Source of the DNA: an uncultured Bacteroidota bacterium
Lineage (GTDB): Bacteria; Bacteroidota; Bacteroidia; UKL13-3
NCBI GenBank assembly: GCA_903888395.1
Contig: CAISTO010000257.1
Coordinates: forward strand, 1-33,076
Reading direction: 5' to 3'
DNA: 33,076 nucleotides
In this document: positions 9,901-18,859 of the stretch, in pieces
Numbering within the stretch: the first letter of the stretch is position 1
Layout of the letters: each line of letters begins with the position of its first letter
Translations under genes and position numbers: made by a program
The notes under the pieces: model-generated
The model's database searches: none
The model's input: only the letters and a program-made list of their open reading frames with translations
What the model was told of the DNA's origin: nothing

Positions 9901-12358
9901 CCGTAACCCCAGTTCCAAATAATAATGGATTAGTAGTAGTTGCATAAACAATACCACTTGAAGTAACAGTACTACCACCATCAGAAGTAATATTGCCTCC
10001 AAAAGTAGCAGTTAACGCAGTAATATTACTTGCGGCAATTCTTAAAACTGTAGGAATAACAGCACTTGCATTTGTTGTAATTGTACTGTCGGCACCGTAA
10101 GCAGTACCTACACTATTTATCGCGTAAGCTCTGTAATGATAAGTAGTAGAAAGGGATAAACCAGTTATGTTTCTTGTATAATTTCCAATAACCACTAAAG
10201 GATTTGTAGTTGAATCAACCACTCCTGTAGCACCTAAAACTGGAGTTGAAGCTAAGCTATAAACAATTCCACTTTTAGTAATTGTTGAGTTTCCATTGCT
10301 AGTAATTGAACCTAATAAATCAGCGGAGGCTGTGGTAACATTTGTTTTAGAACCTGTAACTACAATTGGTACAGTAGCAGGAAAAACTTCTACATTATCA
10401 AAAGCCCAACCTTCATCAGTACCGCCATAAGGATTTCCATCAAAGCGGAATCTAAATTTAACATTTGCTTGTCCAGCTGCTCCAGTTAAACGAGTAGTTG
10501 TTTGAATCCAGCCATTACTTTGTGAAGAATAAGCGGAGCTGTACCCAGTAAAAATACCACCTGATGATATCCAATTTGGACCATTATACCAAGCTATACT
10601 TCCATTTGAAGAATTAAAGTTTGTACCTGTTCCAAAATTATTATCTAATTTAGTCCAAGTTCCACCATTAATTGAAATTTCGATTGTAGCTGCATCATAA
10701 CCAGCTCCAAAAGGACTTAACCTGAATTTTTGTTGAAAACGTAAAACTGGATCTCCAACATGTGTTGTAAAATCAAACTGAGGAGAAGCAACAGCTGCAT
10801 TATTTGGCGAAATATTTGTATAATTACCACTGGTTTTAGTAACCCATGCATTTGGTGAACTAAATGCTGCACTTATGTTTGTTTTTGATGGTGTTCCAAC
10901 AACCCAATCGTTTGTAGCACCAGAAACTATATTACTTTTAAATCCTGAGTTTGTTAATGAATCAAAATTTTGGAAATAAGGCATAGCTGATACAATTGGA
11001 TCTGTAGTAAAACTATCTTGAACACTGTATGCTGTTCCAATACCATTGGTTGCATAAGCTTTATAATAGTATTTAGTGGAATGAACTAAACTAGCTGGAT
11101 TTACAGTTAAATTTCCTAATAAAACAGCTGGGGAAGTTGTAGAATCTATTACACTTGTTCCAAACAATAATGGATTTGTAATGGTTGAATAAACAAAACC
11201 ACTAGCTGTTACAGTAGAACCACCATCACTTGAAATATTGGCGTTTAAAGTAGCAGTTGTTGCTTGTAAATTTGTTAATGGTAATTTATTAACAGTGGGA
11301 ATAACTGCTGATGAATTAGTAGTAAATGTACTATCGGCACCATAAGAAGTTCCAACGCTATTGATTGCATAAGTTCTATAATAGTACAAAGTAGAGTTTG
11401 ATAAACCTGCAATATTTTTGGTAAATGAACCAGTTGTAATTACAGGATTTGTAGTTGAATCAATAACACCTGAACCTCCAATTATAGGATTTGCAGATGT
11501 ACCCACAATAATTCCACTTGTGGTAACAACTGGGTATTGGTTAATTGCTATTGAACCAGCTAATGTTACAGTATTTGTAGTAATATTTGTTTTAGTTCCA
11601 GTAAAAACTGTTGGTGCCGCTGGTGGCGGTGGTGTGTATGTAAATGTTAATCCATTAGTAGGTAAAATTGTATTTGTAAGTGATAAAGTACTAGAGTTAG
11701 CAGTTCCAGCGGTTGAAGTTATCCAACTTGTAGTGCTACTTCTATTCAAATAAATTGCACTTGAAGAACCTTTTATTCCAACTTGCACAGTATTTCCACC
11801 CGATGCTTTTACAAAACGACCATACATTATTTCTACTGTATTTGAAGTTTCGTTCAATCTAATTTGGAAATCAAATGAATCTAAACTGTTGGTTGAAGAA
11901 TTATACATTGCATAATTTTTCCATTGCATAACTAATGTTCTGTTAGGTGAACTTCCAATGGTATCAAAACGCATTTGACCTACAGTAGGCAATCCTTGTA
12001 AATCGGCATTTAAAGCAGAAATAATATTGTTTCCACCCGAACTGATTACAGAATAAGAAGAGTTTACAGTTGATCCTAAGGCTAAAAAACCATTTGAGTT
12101 TACACTAAAAGTAGTATAAGTTGCTCCACCATAAGTAAAGCTAAATCCTATTGGATTTGCGGGAAAACTACTGTCATCATTGGCAGCAACACCAAGCACT
12201 GTGCCTGTTGTTATAGGTGTGAAAGTTCCCGTGGTTTGGGAAAAAGAGTAAGTGTTTACTACTTGTGAGTTTGTGGTTTGAATAAAACCAACGCTCATAA
12301 GTAATAAAATAAAGAGTTTTGTAAAACTAGTAAATAGTTTTGTACTTGTTTTGTTCAT
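6953..12358 (-). CDS. Large T9SS type A cargo protein: N-terminal NIDO-like domain, 3x [FN3-FN3-MAM/InhA-like beta-sandwich], FN3, Ig-like, CTD
   Basis: Signal peptide, six 'YYxRAYAxNSxGTAYG'-type FN3 repeats, three 'PYFQNF...SPQFDFT...EISINGG...EGWAxDxxEV' modules, 'LPVKLSYFEA' and CTD 'IYPNPF...GIYLVKI...KIVKQ'. Confidence 0.85.
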   Translation of the reverse strand: MNKTSTKLFTSFTKLFILLLMSVGFIQTTNSQVVNTYSFSQTTGTFTPITTGTVLGVAANDDSSFPANPIGFSFTYGGATYTTFSVNSNGFLALGSTVNSSYSVISSGGNNIISALNADLQGLPTVGQMRFDTIGSSPNRTLVMQWKNYAMYNSSTNSLDSFDFQIRLNETSNTVEIMYGRFVKASGGNTVQVGIKGSSSAIYLNRSSTTSWITSTAGTANSSTLSLTNTILPTNGLTFTYTPPPPAAPTVFTGTKTNITTNTVTLAGSIAINQYPVVTTSGIIVGTSANPIIGGSGVIDSTTNPVITTGSFTKNIAGLSNSTLYYYRTYAINSVGTSYGADSTFTTNSSAVIPTVNKLPLTNLQATTATLNANISSDGGSTVTASGFVYSTITNPLLFGTSVIDSTTSPAVLLGNLTVNPASLVHSTKYYYKAYATNGIGTAYSVQDSFTTDPIVSAMPYFQNFDSLTNSGFKSNIVSGATNDWVVGTPSKTNISAAFSSPNAWVTKTSGNYTNISPNNAAVASPQFDFTTHVGDPVLRFQQKFRLSPFGAGYDAATIEISINGGTWTKLDNNFGTGTNFNSSNGSIAWYNGPNWISSGGIFTGYSSAYSSQSNGWIQTTTRLTGAAGQANVKFRFRFDGNPYGGTDEGWAFDNVEVFPATVPIVVTGSKTNVTTASADLLGSITSNGNSTITKSGIVYSLASTPVLGATGVVDSTTNPLVVIGNYTRNITGLSLSTTYHYRAYAINSVGTAYGADSTITTNASAVIPTVLRIAASNITALTATFGGNITSDGGSTVTSSGIVYATTTNPLLFGTGVTDSTTNPLVTIGTYSFSTSGLTHSTKYYFKAYATNSIGTAYSSLDSFTTAPVVSVLPYFQNFDSIGTTGWNSIATGGINEWVLGTPAKSQLSGSYSSPKCWFTSTAANYSDNHDGALVSPQFDFTSYAANPIVKFRHNFATETGWDASVLEISINGGTWTKLDNTLGTGSNYNTTNSLSWYNSSSTAGPISANKWSDNSSLFSSNVSNWIQSQTVLTGAAGQSNVKFRIRFGSDGSGTDEGVAVDNIEVVAPTAPIVFTGTKTNLTTSSADLTGTITSNGNSTITKSGIVYSTTSAPVLGAFGVVDSTTNPLVIIGSFTKGTTGLSISTLYYYRAYAINAVDTSYGADSTFTTNSTAVIPTILKIAATNLTSTTATVGGNITSDGGSTVTASGIVYNTSITPLTVSSSAIDSTTSPVVSLGIFSINPAGLTHSTKYYFKAYATNGIGTAYSVIDSFTTDPIISTLPYSQNFETGAGGWHSMLSSTSTSVNWIVGFPTNNNWVLGTPAKTYLSGAHSGTKAWATKLTGTYDIDHDASIVSPQFDFTSYTADPIVRFSHKFKAETDWDGLIVEISINGGFWNRLDSIVGTGANFNTTNSYAWYNDNVNYVSSGGVLAPPYFSTDMGSGSVFGSQVSGWIESAFRLTGAASQSNVRVRFRFISDTYVVDEGWAIDDIEVVNIATPSSTATAVTISSVTNTTATVSCTIGNGQRRLIVARLTSSSAVAPTNNKLYNASAIYSLGDTTGVGNFVIYNGTGNTVAVTGLTMATNYTFDVYEYNGKYMHNAFTSVTSNNTTTLPVKLSYFEAKKVNDDVKLVWITSSEINNKGFDVQRSVNGKTFETIAFVKGEGNSNNNVIYSSIDENPFAINQVQKLYYRLNQIDFDGKSTLSPIKEVSINDAIGDGISIYPNPFSNELNIETLNTENTISTVQIIDISGRILMSQTEAVTIGLSTIKLSNTSNLAAGIYLVKISINGVVKTMKIVKQ
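7880..11614 (-). repeat. Three intragenic tandem modules of about 1.23-1.25 kb
   Basis: Units begin near 11614 (PTVFTGTKTN), 10369 (PIVVTGSKTN) and 9142 (PIVFTGTKTN); spacings are 1245 and 1227 bp. DNA segments such as ggatttgtagttgaatcaac recur. Confidence 0.85.
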
Positions 12359-12674
12359 AATTTTATTTTATTAATGAAATGTAAATGTAAGCCTTAAAAA
12401 ATGAACTCTGTGTAATATTATTATTATTTAAAAAATGTTTTATTTTTTCAGTCGTAATCTGCTTATTAATAGCACTTAAAATCTAATTTTTAGCTTGTTG
12501 ATATAATTCATTAAAAAGCATGAGGAATGTCATTAGATTAAAACAAATTAAATAAAATCATACTGTAAATAAATGGATTCAATGTTTCAATTTTCATAAA
12601 TTCATGCTAATAATTTTTCTTTATTTATAATTCAATTACTAAAAAATTTATATTGCCAACCTTAACATACACAA

Positions 12675-14792
12675 ATGAAAAAATACCTATTACTTACTTT
12701 CACATTGATCTCCATTGGCTTATTTCAAAGCCACAAAATGGATGAAGGCATGTTTCCTTTATCGGAACTTAAAAACATTAACTTAAAAAAGGTTGGACTA
12801 AAAATAAAACCCATAGAATTATACAATCCAAATGGTGTAAGTATCATTGATGCCATTGTAAGAGTTGGTGGTTGTACAGGTAGTTTTGTGAGCAATGATG
12901 GATTAATTGTTACCAATCATCATTGTGCTTTTAGTTTTGTAGCTGCCATTAGCGACACGGTAAACGATTATATTAAAAAAGGTTATTTGGCCAGAACACA
13001 TGAGCAAGAAGCACCTGCTAAAGGTTTAGTTTGTAAAATAGCTGCAAGCTACGAAGACGTTTCGGTAAAAGTATTGCAAGGCACCCAAACCATCAGCGAT
13101 GCTGCCGAAAGATTGAAAACAATTGCTACTCATTTAAAAGCAATTACTGATGCTGAAAGCAAAGCAAATCCTACTTTAAGTTGCGAAATTTCTGAAATGT
13201 TTACCGGTAGAACTTATGTGCTTTTCCGTTATAAATTATTAAAAGATGTTCGTTTGGTTTATGTACCTGCACGCAGTATTGGCGAGTATGGTGGTGAAAA
13301 AGACAATTGGGTTTGGCCTCGCCATAGTGGCGATTTTGCTTTTTTAAGAGCATACGTTTCGCCCGATGGAAGTGCTGCTGAATACTCACTTAAAAATGTG
13401 CCTTATAAACCTGCAAAACATTTAGTAATTAACCAAAAAGGGGTAAACGAAAATGATTTTGTTTTTGTGTTAGGTTATCCAGGTAGAACATACCGCCACC
13501 AACCTGCAGCGTTTTATAAATACCATGAAAAATACATGCTTCAATACATTAGTAATATATACGATTGGCAAATAGAGGAAATGGAAAAACTGAGTAAAGG
13601 CAATCAGACGTTGGCTATAAAATATGCTTCAAGAATTAAACAATTAGCCAATACCACTAAGAATTTTAAAGGTAAATTACAAGGATTTAGAAGAACAGGT
13701 TTAACCAATAAAAAATACAATGACGAAGCTTTGTTGCAAGATTTTTTAAGTAAAGATGAAACTTTAAAAGCTACTTATAGCAATGTAATTCCTAGAATAA
13801 ATGTGCTATATGACGATATTTTAAAATTTGCACCTCGTAATTTATGGTACGATCAAATTTATAATGTAACACCTATGTTTTCAATGGCTGGTGCCATTGA
13901 TAATTATAAAAATGCGTATGCTCTTTTGAAATCAGATGCTGAAAGAACAGATTTTAAACTCAAACAAGGATTGCGTTTAAAGCAATTATTAGCAACTGCA
14001 TTTAGCAAATACGATGAACCTTTTGAAATAGCAGCTTTCAAAAAAATGCAAGCAGATGCTGCCACATTTAATAAAAATAACCAAGTAGATGCATTTGCCA
14101 AAAATATCAACGCAGATGAAATTTACAGCAAAACTATTTTTAAAGATACCAAAATGATTGAAAAATTAGCCAATGAAGACATTGAAAAGCTTTTTGCTTT
14201 GCAAGATCCTTTGCTTGATTTGGCAGCTAATTTAAATTTAGAAATCAATTTCTTTGATCAAGAAGATCAAAAACGTGAGGCGGAGTTGAACGCTTTAATG
14301 GCAAAATATGTAGATGCAAAATCGGTATTCCAAAACAAAAGTTTTGTACCTGATGCCAATGCAACTTTGCGTTTTACTTATGGTTATGTTAAAGGATACT
14401 CGCCCAACGATGCCGAATACCATGGTCCATTTACCACTTTGCGTGGTGTGGTAGAAAAAGAAGATGGCGTGGATTATGAATTAATGCCATTGATTAAAGA
14501 GTTGTATGCTGCAAAAGATTTTGGCGATTTGATGAAACCAAGTTTGGGCGATTTGCCTGTAAACTTTTTATATAATCTAGATACCACTGGTGGCAATAGC
14601 GGAAGTCCAGTTATGAACGCAAAAGGTGAATTAGTAGGTATTAATTTTGACCGTGCTTATACTGCTACCATTAACGATTATGCTTGGAACGAAAGTTACA
14701 GTAGGAGCGTGGCCGTAGACATTCGTTATGTTCTTTGGGTACTACAAAAAGTAGCCAAAGCCGATGAATTGAGTAAGGAGTTGAGTAATTAA
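12675..14792 (+). CDS. S46 family dipeptidyl peptidase (DPP11-like)
   Basis: 'DEGMF', 'GGCTGSFVS', catalytic His 'TNHHC', Asp 'RHSGDF', Ser 'TTGGNSGSPV', followed by 'GINFDR'. Confidence 0.93.
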   Translation: MKKYLLLTFTLISIGLFQSHKMDEGMFPLSELKNINLKKVGLKIKPIELYNPNGVSIIDAIVRVGGCTGSFVSNDGLIVTNHHCAFSFVAAISDTVNDYIKKGYLARTHEQEAPAKGLVCKIAASYEDVSVKVLQGTQTISDAAERLKTIATHLKAITDAESKANPTLSCEISEMFTGRTYVLFRYKLLKDVRLVYVPARSIGEYGGEKDNWVWPRHSGDFAFLRAYVSPDGSAAEYSLKNVPYKPAKHLVINQKGVNENDFVFVLGYPGRTYRHQPAAFYKYHEKYMLQYISNIYDWQIEEMEKLSKGNQTLAIKYASRIKQLANTTKNFKGKLQGFRRTGLTNKKYNDEALLQDFLSKDETLKATYSNVIPRINVLYDDILKFAPRNLWYDQIYNVTPMFSMAGAIDNYKNAYALLKSDAERTDFKLKQGLRLKQLLATAFSKYDEPFEIAAFKKMQADAATFNKNNQVDAFAKNINADEIYSKTIFKDTKMIEKLANEDIEKLFALQDPLLDLAANLNLEINFFDQEDQKREAELNALMAKYVDAKSVFQNKSFVPDANATLRFTYGYVKGYSPNDAEYHGPFTTLRGVVEKEDGVDYELMPLIKELYAAKDFGDLMKPSLGDLPVNFLYNLDTTGGNSGSPVMNAKGELVGINFDRAYTATINDYAWNESYSRSVAVDIRYVLWVLQKVAKADELSKELSN

Positions 14793-14827
14793 TAATTACT
14801 TTTAGCTGCTTGTATTACTGTTGTTGC

Positions 14828-14862
14828 TAAACCTGACAGGTCTTGAAGACCTGTCAGGTTTA
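14828..14862. repeat. REP-like palindrome related to those at the RAYT locus
   Basis: taaacctgacaggtctt-g-aagacctgtcaggttta: perfect 17-bp arms sharing the ACCTGACAGGT core with 27671, 28102 and 28432. Confidence 0.85.
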
Positions 14863-14906
14863 TAATTAGCGAAGAGCGTTACGAATTGTAAATGAAATGT
14901 AGTTTA

Positions 14907-15073
14907 AGCCGATTAGGATTTGCAATCCGAATCATTTATCCCGACTAATCGGGAAGGATTTACAATCTGTTTTTTACTATGCTAATCATGAAGCAAGTAT
15001 ATTTAGCTTCATGATTGTTTACGCATTACAAATGCTAATAATATGAAGTGCGGTTTACAAAACCGCACCGGCT
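14907..15073. repeat. REPIN/BIME-like composite element with several hairpins
   Basis: Ends agccg...cggct. Hairpins at 14911-14933, 14939-14954, 14956-14968, 14984-15016, 15023-15035 and 15048-15068 are arranged roughly symmetrically. Confidence 0.6.
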
Positions 15074-15081
15074 GCTTTTTT

Positions 15082-16497
15082 TTAATGATCAGTTAGTAAC
15101 AATTCATTTAAAAAAGTGGGATATACTTGCTCCCAAAATTTATTCAGCATGTTGTTATAAGCATCTTTGCTGGCATTTTCGGGCGTTAACTGAAATCCTT
15201 TGATATCTTTTAAGGCATCTTTATATATTTCTTGGTTGTTTTTAACATCTACAATACTAATGTTCATGTTAATATTTGCTTGCAGCATTTTACCCCACAT
15301 CACTCCTAAATCTATGGTATTTGCGATTACTTTAATTTCATAATCAGCATTTTTTCTATCTGTAACAAAATTACAACCGCTTTCTACTAATTTGCGTTTG
15401 AGTTGTGGTTCAATGATATTAAACTCTAAGTTTTTACTTAAAATTTGTTCTTTACAATTGGTATAAATTTTTATAGGTTCTACTGATAATCTAAAATTAG
15501 TACTTGGTGCATCTATATTGGTTAAAATGCTTTTTAGCAATCCGTTTAAACTATCACTTTTAATAATCGTAGCAATGTCAACTATAATTTTTACTTGCTG
15601 AATCGGGTCTTTGGCTTGAATTCTATTCAATGAAAAAGTAGCAATACCATTTTGGTCGGTTTCGGCACTATTGCCAAAATCAAATTTGGCTTGTGTGGCT
15701 TTTAAAGTTAAGGGAACAAAAGGAACAAAACTATTGTTTTCCTGCAATCTTACGGTAGCTGTAAATGGATTATTAATGGGTTTTCCAATTTTGCCTTTTA
15801 GTTCTACCACTTCAGTTTTTACTTGTAATTTGTATAATTGGTTTTGAATTTGACTCACAATTTCATTCACCAAATACACTTCATTTCCTTTGTAAACTGT
15901 AGCCACATCTTCATTCAAATAATTTTGTAATGCGCTTAATGCTTTGATTCGCAAACGCATCATTTGCATGTAATTATTTTGATAATTAAGTCGATCGGCA
16001 TTATCCAAAAAGTTAAGCGATTGCTCAATGGCAGCTTGTAATTTTCTGCGTTTGGCAGCTTCATATTCAGCTTTTGAAAGTTTGTAATAAATATAAAAAT
16101 CCGATTTGTTTTCCCAGCTGTCTACTACCTCAAAATCTTCTACCATGGCCTGCGCCATTACTTTAGTATCGGTAGCAAACATTTGGTTCAATACATTATT
16201 ATTTTGATTAAGCGAAAGTATAGAATTAGAAGAAACTACCACTTTTATTTCACCAATTAAGTCGTTTAAGGCACGCTTTTTTGCCATGGCTTGGTAATCG
16301 GCCGGATTTAACATTTTATTGGCATAGCCAACACCTACATAAAAATTATTATTTACAGGCCTTTGTTGCACCCAATCGGGCTGCTTACTCCTGTCTTTTC
16401 TGTTAATTCCGTTGTTTGTTGTGCCGCACGAAACCAATATTATTATTAAGAATAATGGGAATAGAATTTTTGATTTTATAAATGTATTTTTAAACAT
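15082..16497 (-). CDS. LPP20-like lipoprotein
   Basis: Lipobox 'LVSC', 'QPDWV...FYVGVG...AKKRALNDLIGEIKVVVSS' typical of an LPP20 N-terminus. ATG 16497 is preferred over TTG 16521. Confidence 0.7.
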   Translation of the reverse strand: MFKNTFIKSKILFPLFLIIILVSCGTTNNGINRKDRSKQPDWVQQRPVNNNFYVGVGYANKMLNPADYQAMAKKRALNDLIGEIKVVVSSNSILSLNQNNNVLNQMFATDTKVMAQAMVEDFEVVDSWENKSDFYIYYKLSKAEYEAAKRRKLQAAIEQSLNFLDNADRLNYQNNYMQMMRLRIKALSALQNYLNEDVATVYKGNEVYLVNEIVSQIQNQLYKLQVKTEVVELKGKIGKPINNPFTATVRLQENNSFVPFVPLTLKATQAKFDFGNSAETDQNGIATFSLNRIQAKDPIQQVKIIVDIATIIKSDSLNGLLKSILTNIDAPSTNFRLSVEPIKIYTNCKEQILSKNLEFNIIEPQLKRKLVESGCNFVTDRKNADYEIKVIANTIDLGVMWGKMLQANINMNISIVDVKNNQEIYKDALKDIKGFQLTPENASKDAYNNMLNKFWEQVYPTFLNELLLTDH

Positions 16498-16714
16498 GGA
16501 GCTATTTTCAGTATTAATCAAACATTATTCAAACTTTGTACCACTAAATTTGATGCTGATAAAGTTCGAAATTATCATTTGTTTTATTAAAAACAATAAA
16601 ACGAATTCCGTAATTTTAAATTAATTAATTTATGCTTCAAAATTTAACCCCTAATTATCATTTTCATTTACGAATTGCAATTGCTATTTTGCAACCTGAA
16701 AAAAGTACAATATT

Positions 16715-17431
16715 ATGGGAAGAGTATTTGAAAAACGTAAGCATAAAATGTTTGCTCGTTATGCTAAAATGAGTAGAACATTTACCAAAATAGGTAAAGA
16801 AATAGCAATTGCAATAAAAGCAGGTAATGGAAATGGGGATCCTGATAGCAATGCACGATTAAGAGCAGTTATTGGAAATGCAAAAGCAATCAATATGCCT
16901 AAAGTAAATATAGATGCAGCCATTTCGAGGGCAACTACCAAACAAGATAAAGACTTTGAAGAAGTAGTTTATGAAGGAAAAGGTCCGCATAATATTCCAA
17001 TGATTATAGAAACTGCTACCGATAATCCTACCAGAACTGTGGCTAATTTACGCATGTATTTTAATAAAAAAGGTGGTCAGTTAATGGTAAGTGGCTCTTT
17101 AGATTTTTTGTTTGAACGCAAAGGAATTTTCAGAATAAAAAATACTGGAATTGATATTGAAGAATTTGAATTTGAAATGATAGATGCTGGTTTGGAAGAA
17201 GTAGAAGATGATGGAGACGGGCATTTGGTATTAGCTGTAGCATTTACCGATTTTGGTAAAATGCAGCATGCTTTAGAAGAGAAAAAAATTGAAATTATAA
17301 ATGCTGAATTGCAACGCATACCAACTACTCCAGTGGAGTTAACCGAAGAGCAAGAAGCGGAATTCAACATTTTATTAGATATGATAGAGGAAGATGACGA
17401 TGTGGTAAAAGTTTATACTACATTGATGTAA
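16715..17431 (+). CDS. yebC: YebC/PmpR (TACO1) family protein
   Basis: 'MGRVFEKRK', 'DPDSNARLR', 'NMPKVNI', 'YEGKGP', 'TDNPTRT' and terminal 'EDDDVVKVY'. Confidence 0.93.
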   Translation: MGRVFEKRKHKMFARYAKMSRTFTKIGKEIAIAIKAGNGNGDPDSNARLRAVIGNAKAINMPKVNIDAAISRATTKQDKDFEEVVYEGKGPHNIPMIIETATDNPTRTVANLRMYFNKKGGQLMVSGSLDFLFERKGIFRIKNTGIDIEEFEFEMIDAGLEEVEDDGDGHLVLAVAFTDFGKMQHALEEKKIEIINAELQRIPTTPVELTEEQEAEFNILLDMIEEDDDVVKVYTTLM

Positions 17432-17447
17432 TTAGTTAAATCAAAAC

Positions 17448-17485
17448 ATAAAAAAAACCGATTCAATTTGAATCGGTTTTTTTAT
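17448..17485. terminator. Bidirectional Rho-independent terminator
   Basis: aaaaaaaccgattcaa-t-ttgaatcggttttttt between convergent yebC and susD. Confidence 0.88.
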
Positions 17486-17504
17486 GGATAAAATCCAATG
17501 TATT

Positions 17505-18848
17505 TTATTTGAATAATTCAACTGCATCAAATAAAGTTCCAGGAGCTGGAGTATTTGGATTTGAATTGATTTCTGATTGAGGATACAAGAATCTTCCAGG
17601 TAATGTAGTTCCATTATTGATAGGAATTCCAATTAAATTTTTGGTTCTTCTAATGTCATTAAATGCTTCAACTTGACCAAATAAAGAAACATATTTTTCA
17701 GTTAATATTTCTTTTAATAATTTAGCATTATCGCTTACTTGAGCATCGGTGCTTACATAATCTGAATATGCTCCAGGCCCAAACTTATCGTCATGCGCTT
17801 TACGAACCTTATTTAAATGTTCTAATGCTTTTGCATCATTGCTAGTTCTAGCATAACATTCAGCCAATATTAATTGATTTTCGTTATAGCTTGCTAAAGC
17901 AAAATTAGCTTGAGCGTCAAAAATTCCACCATACATGTTTGGATCAACTGGAGAATAATTATCTAGTAAAAAATAATAATCAAAACGCGCAGTTTCATCA
18001 GTTTTAGCATTTCTTTTGTTTTTAGTAGAAGCACTATCTAATAAAGCAAACATATGAGAACCCTCACAGCTCATGTAACCAGAACGGTTCCAATCTAAAA
18101 AGTCGTAATAGATATTCCATGCACCAGGTGCAGCAGTTTCATGTTTGGCATGAAAATCATTTCCAGCTGAAACACCATCAGTAGCTGCAGCAATGGCACC
18201 AGCATAATCTTTTTTGTGTAACAAAGCTCTTGCTTTTAAAGTATTGGCTACTTCTTTCCATGTAAATGTACCAGCATATGCAGTTGCATATTTGTTAGAA
18301 GTTCCCACTCTAGCAATGGCAGAATCTAATAAACCTATGCAATAGGTATAAACAACCGACATTTTATCATAAACAGGGGTATTAATACCTTCAACACAAG
18401 CTTGACTTGAAGGAACATCGCCCCATAATGAAGAAGTAGTTAGTAGTAAATTAGCTTCAGTTATCATAGCTACACCCTCCAAAACTTTATCATTGGCAGT
18501 GATTGCTTTTGCTCTTACTAGTTTACATTGGCCTACGCCTTTAGAATAAAGTTCTTCCCAAGGAGAATTAAAATCACCAGATGTCATGTTGTATTGACCA
18601 TAAGAAATGTACTGACGATCGTAACCAGTAAATTGACCTGCAAAAATACCAGCTAGTCTAGCTGCTTCACCCTCGTTAAGCATTACATTAGCTAACTGAG
18701 CGCCAGTAATCATTAATTTTGGATCTGAGTCGCTAAACTCATTTGGATTAATTTTATTGATATCATTGATATCTTTATTACATGATGTAATAAAAAATAG
18801 GGGAGCAAAAAGTATTCCCGCTAATATATATTTTATTGTTTTTTTCAT
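17505..18848 (-). CDS. SusD/RagB family lipoprotein
   Basis: Lipobox 'ITSC' then 'INPN', 'WGDVP', 'ENQLILAEC', 'EAFNDIRRT' and 'PGRFLYPQSE'. It lies 11 nt downstream of a SusC gene. Confidence 0.92.
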   Translation of the reverse strand: MKKTIKYILAGILFAPLFFITSCNKDINDINKINPNEFSDSDPKLMITGAQLANVMLNEGEAARLAGIFAGQFTGYDRQYISYGQYNMTSGDFNSPWEELYSKGVGQCKLVRAKAITANDKVLEGVAMITEANLLLTTSSLWGDVPSSQACVEGINTPVYDKMSVVYTYCIGLLDSAIARVGTSNKYATAYAGTFTWKEVANTLKARALLHKKDYAGAIAAATDGVSAGNDFHAKHETAAPGAWNIYYDFLDWNRSGYMSCEGSHMFALLDSASTKNKRNAKTDETARFDYYFLLDNYSPVDPNMYGGIFDAQANFALASYNENQLILAECYARTSNDAKALEHLNKVRKAHDDKFGPGAYSDYVSTDAQVSDNAKLLKEILTEKYVSLFGQVEAFNDIRRTKNLIGIPINNGTTLPGRFLYPQSEINSNPNTPAPGTLFDAVELFK

Positions 18849-18859
18849 GATTGTATTTT

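Noticed and set aside
12359-12674. Riboswitch or ncRNA in the long divergent intergenic region
   Set aside because: AT-rich with no stable stems or recognisable motif; consistent with divergent promoters.
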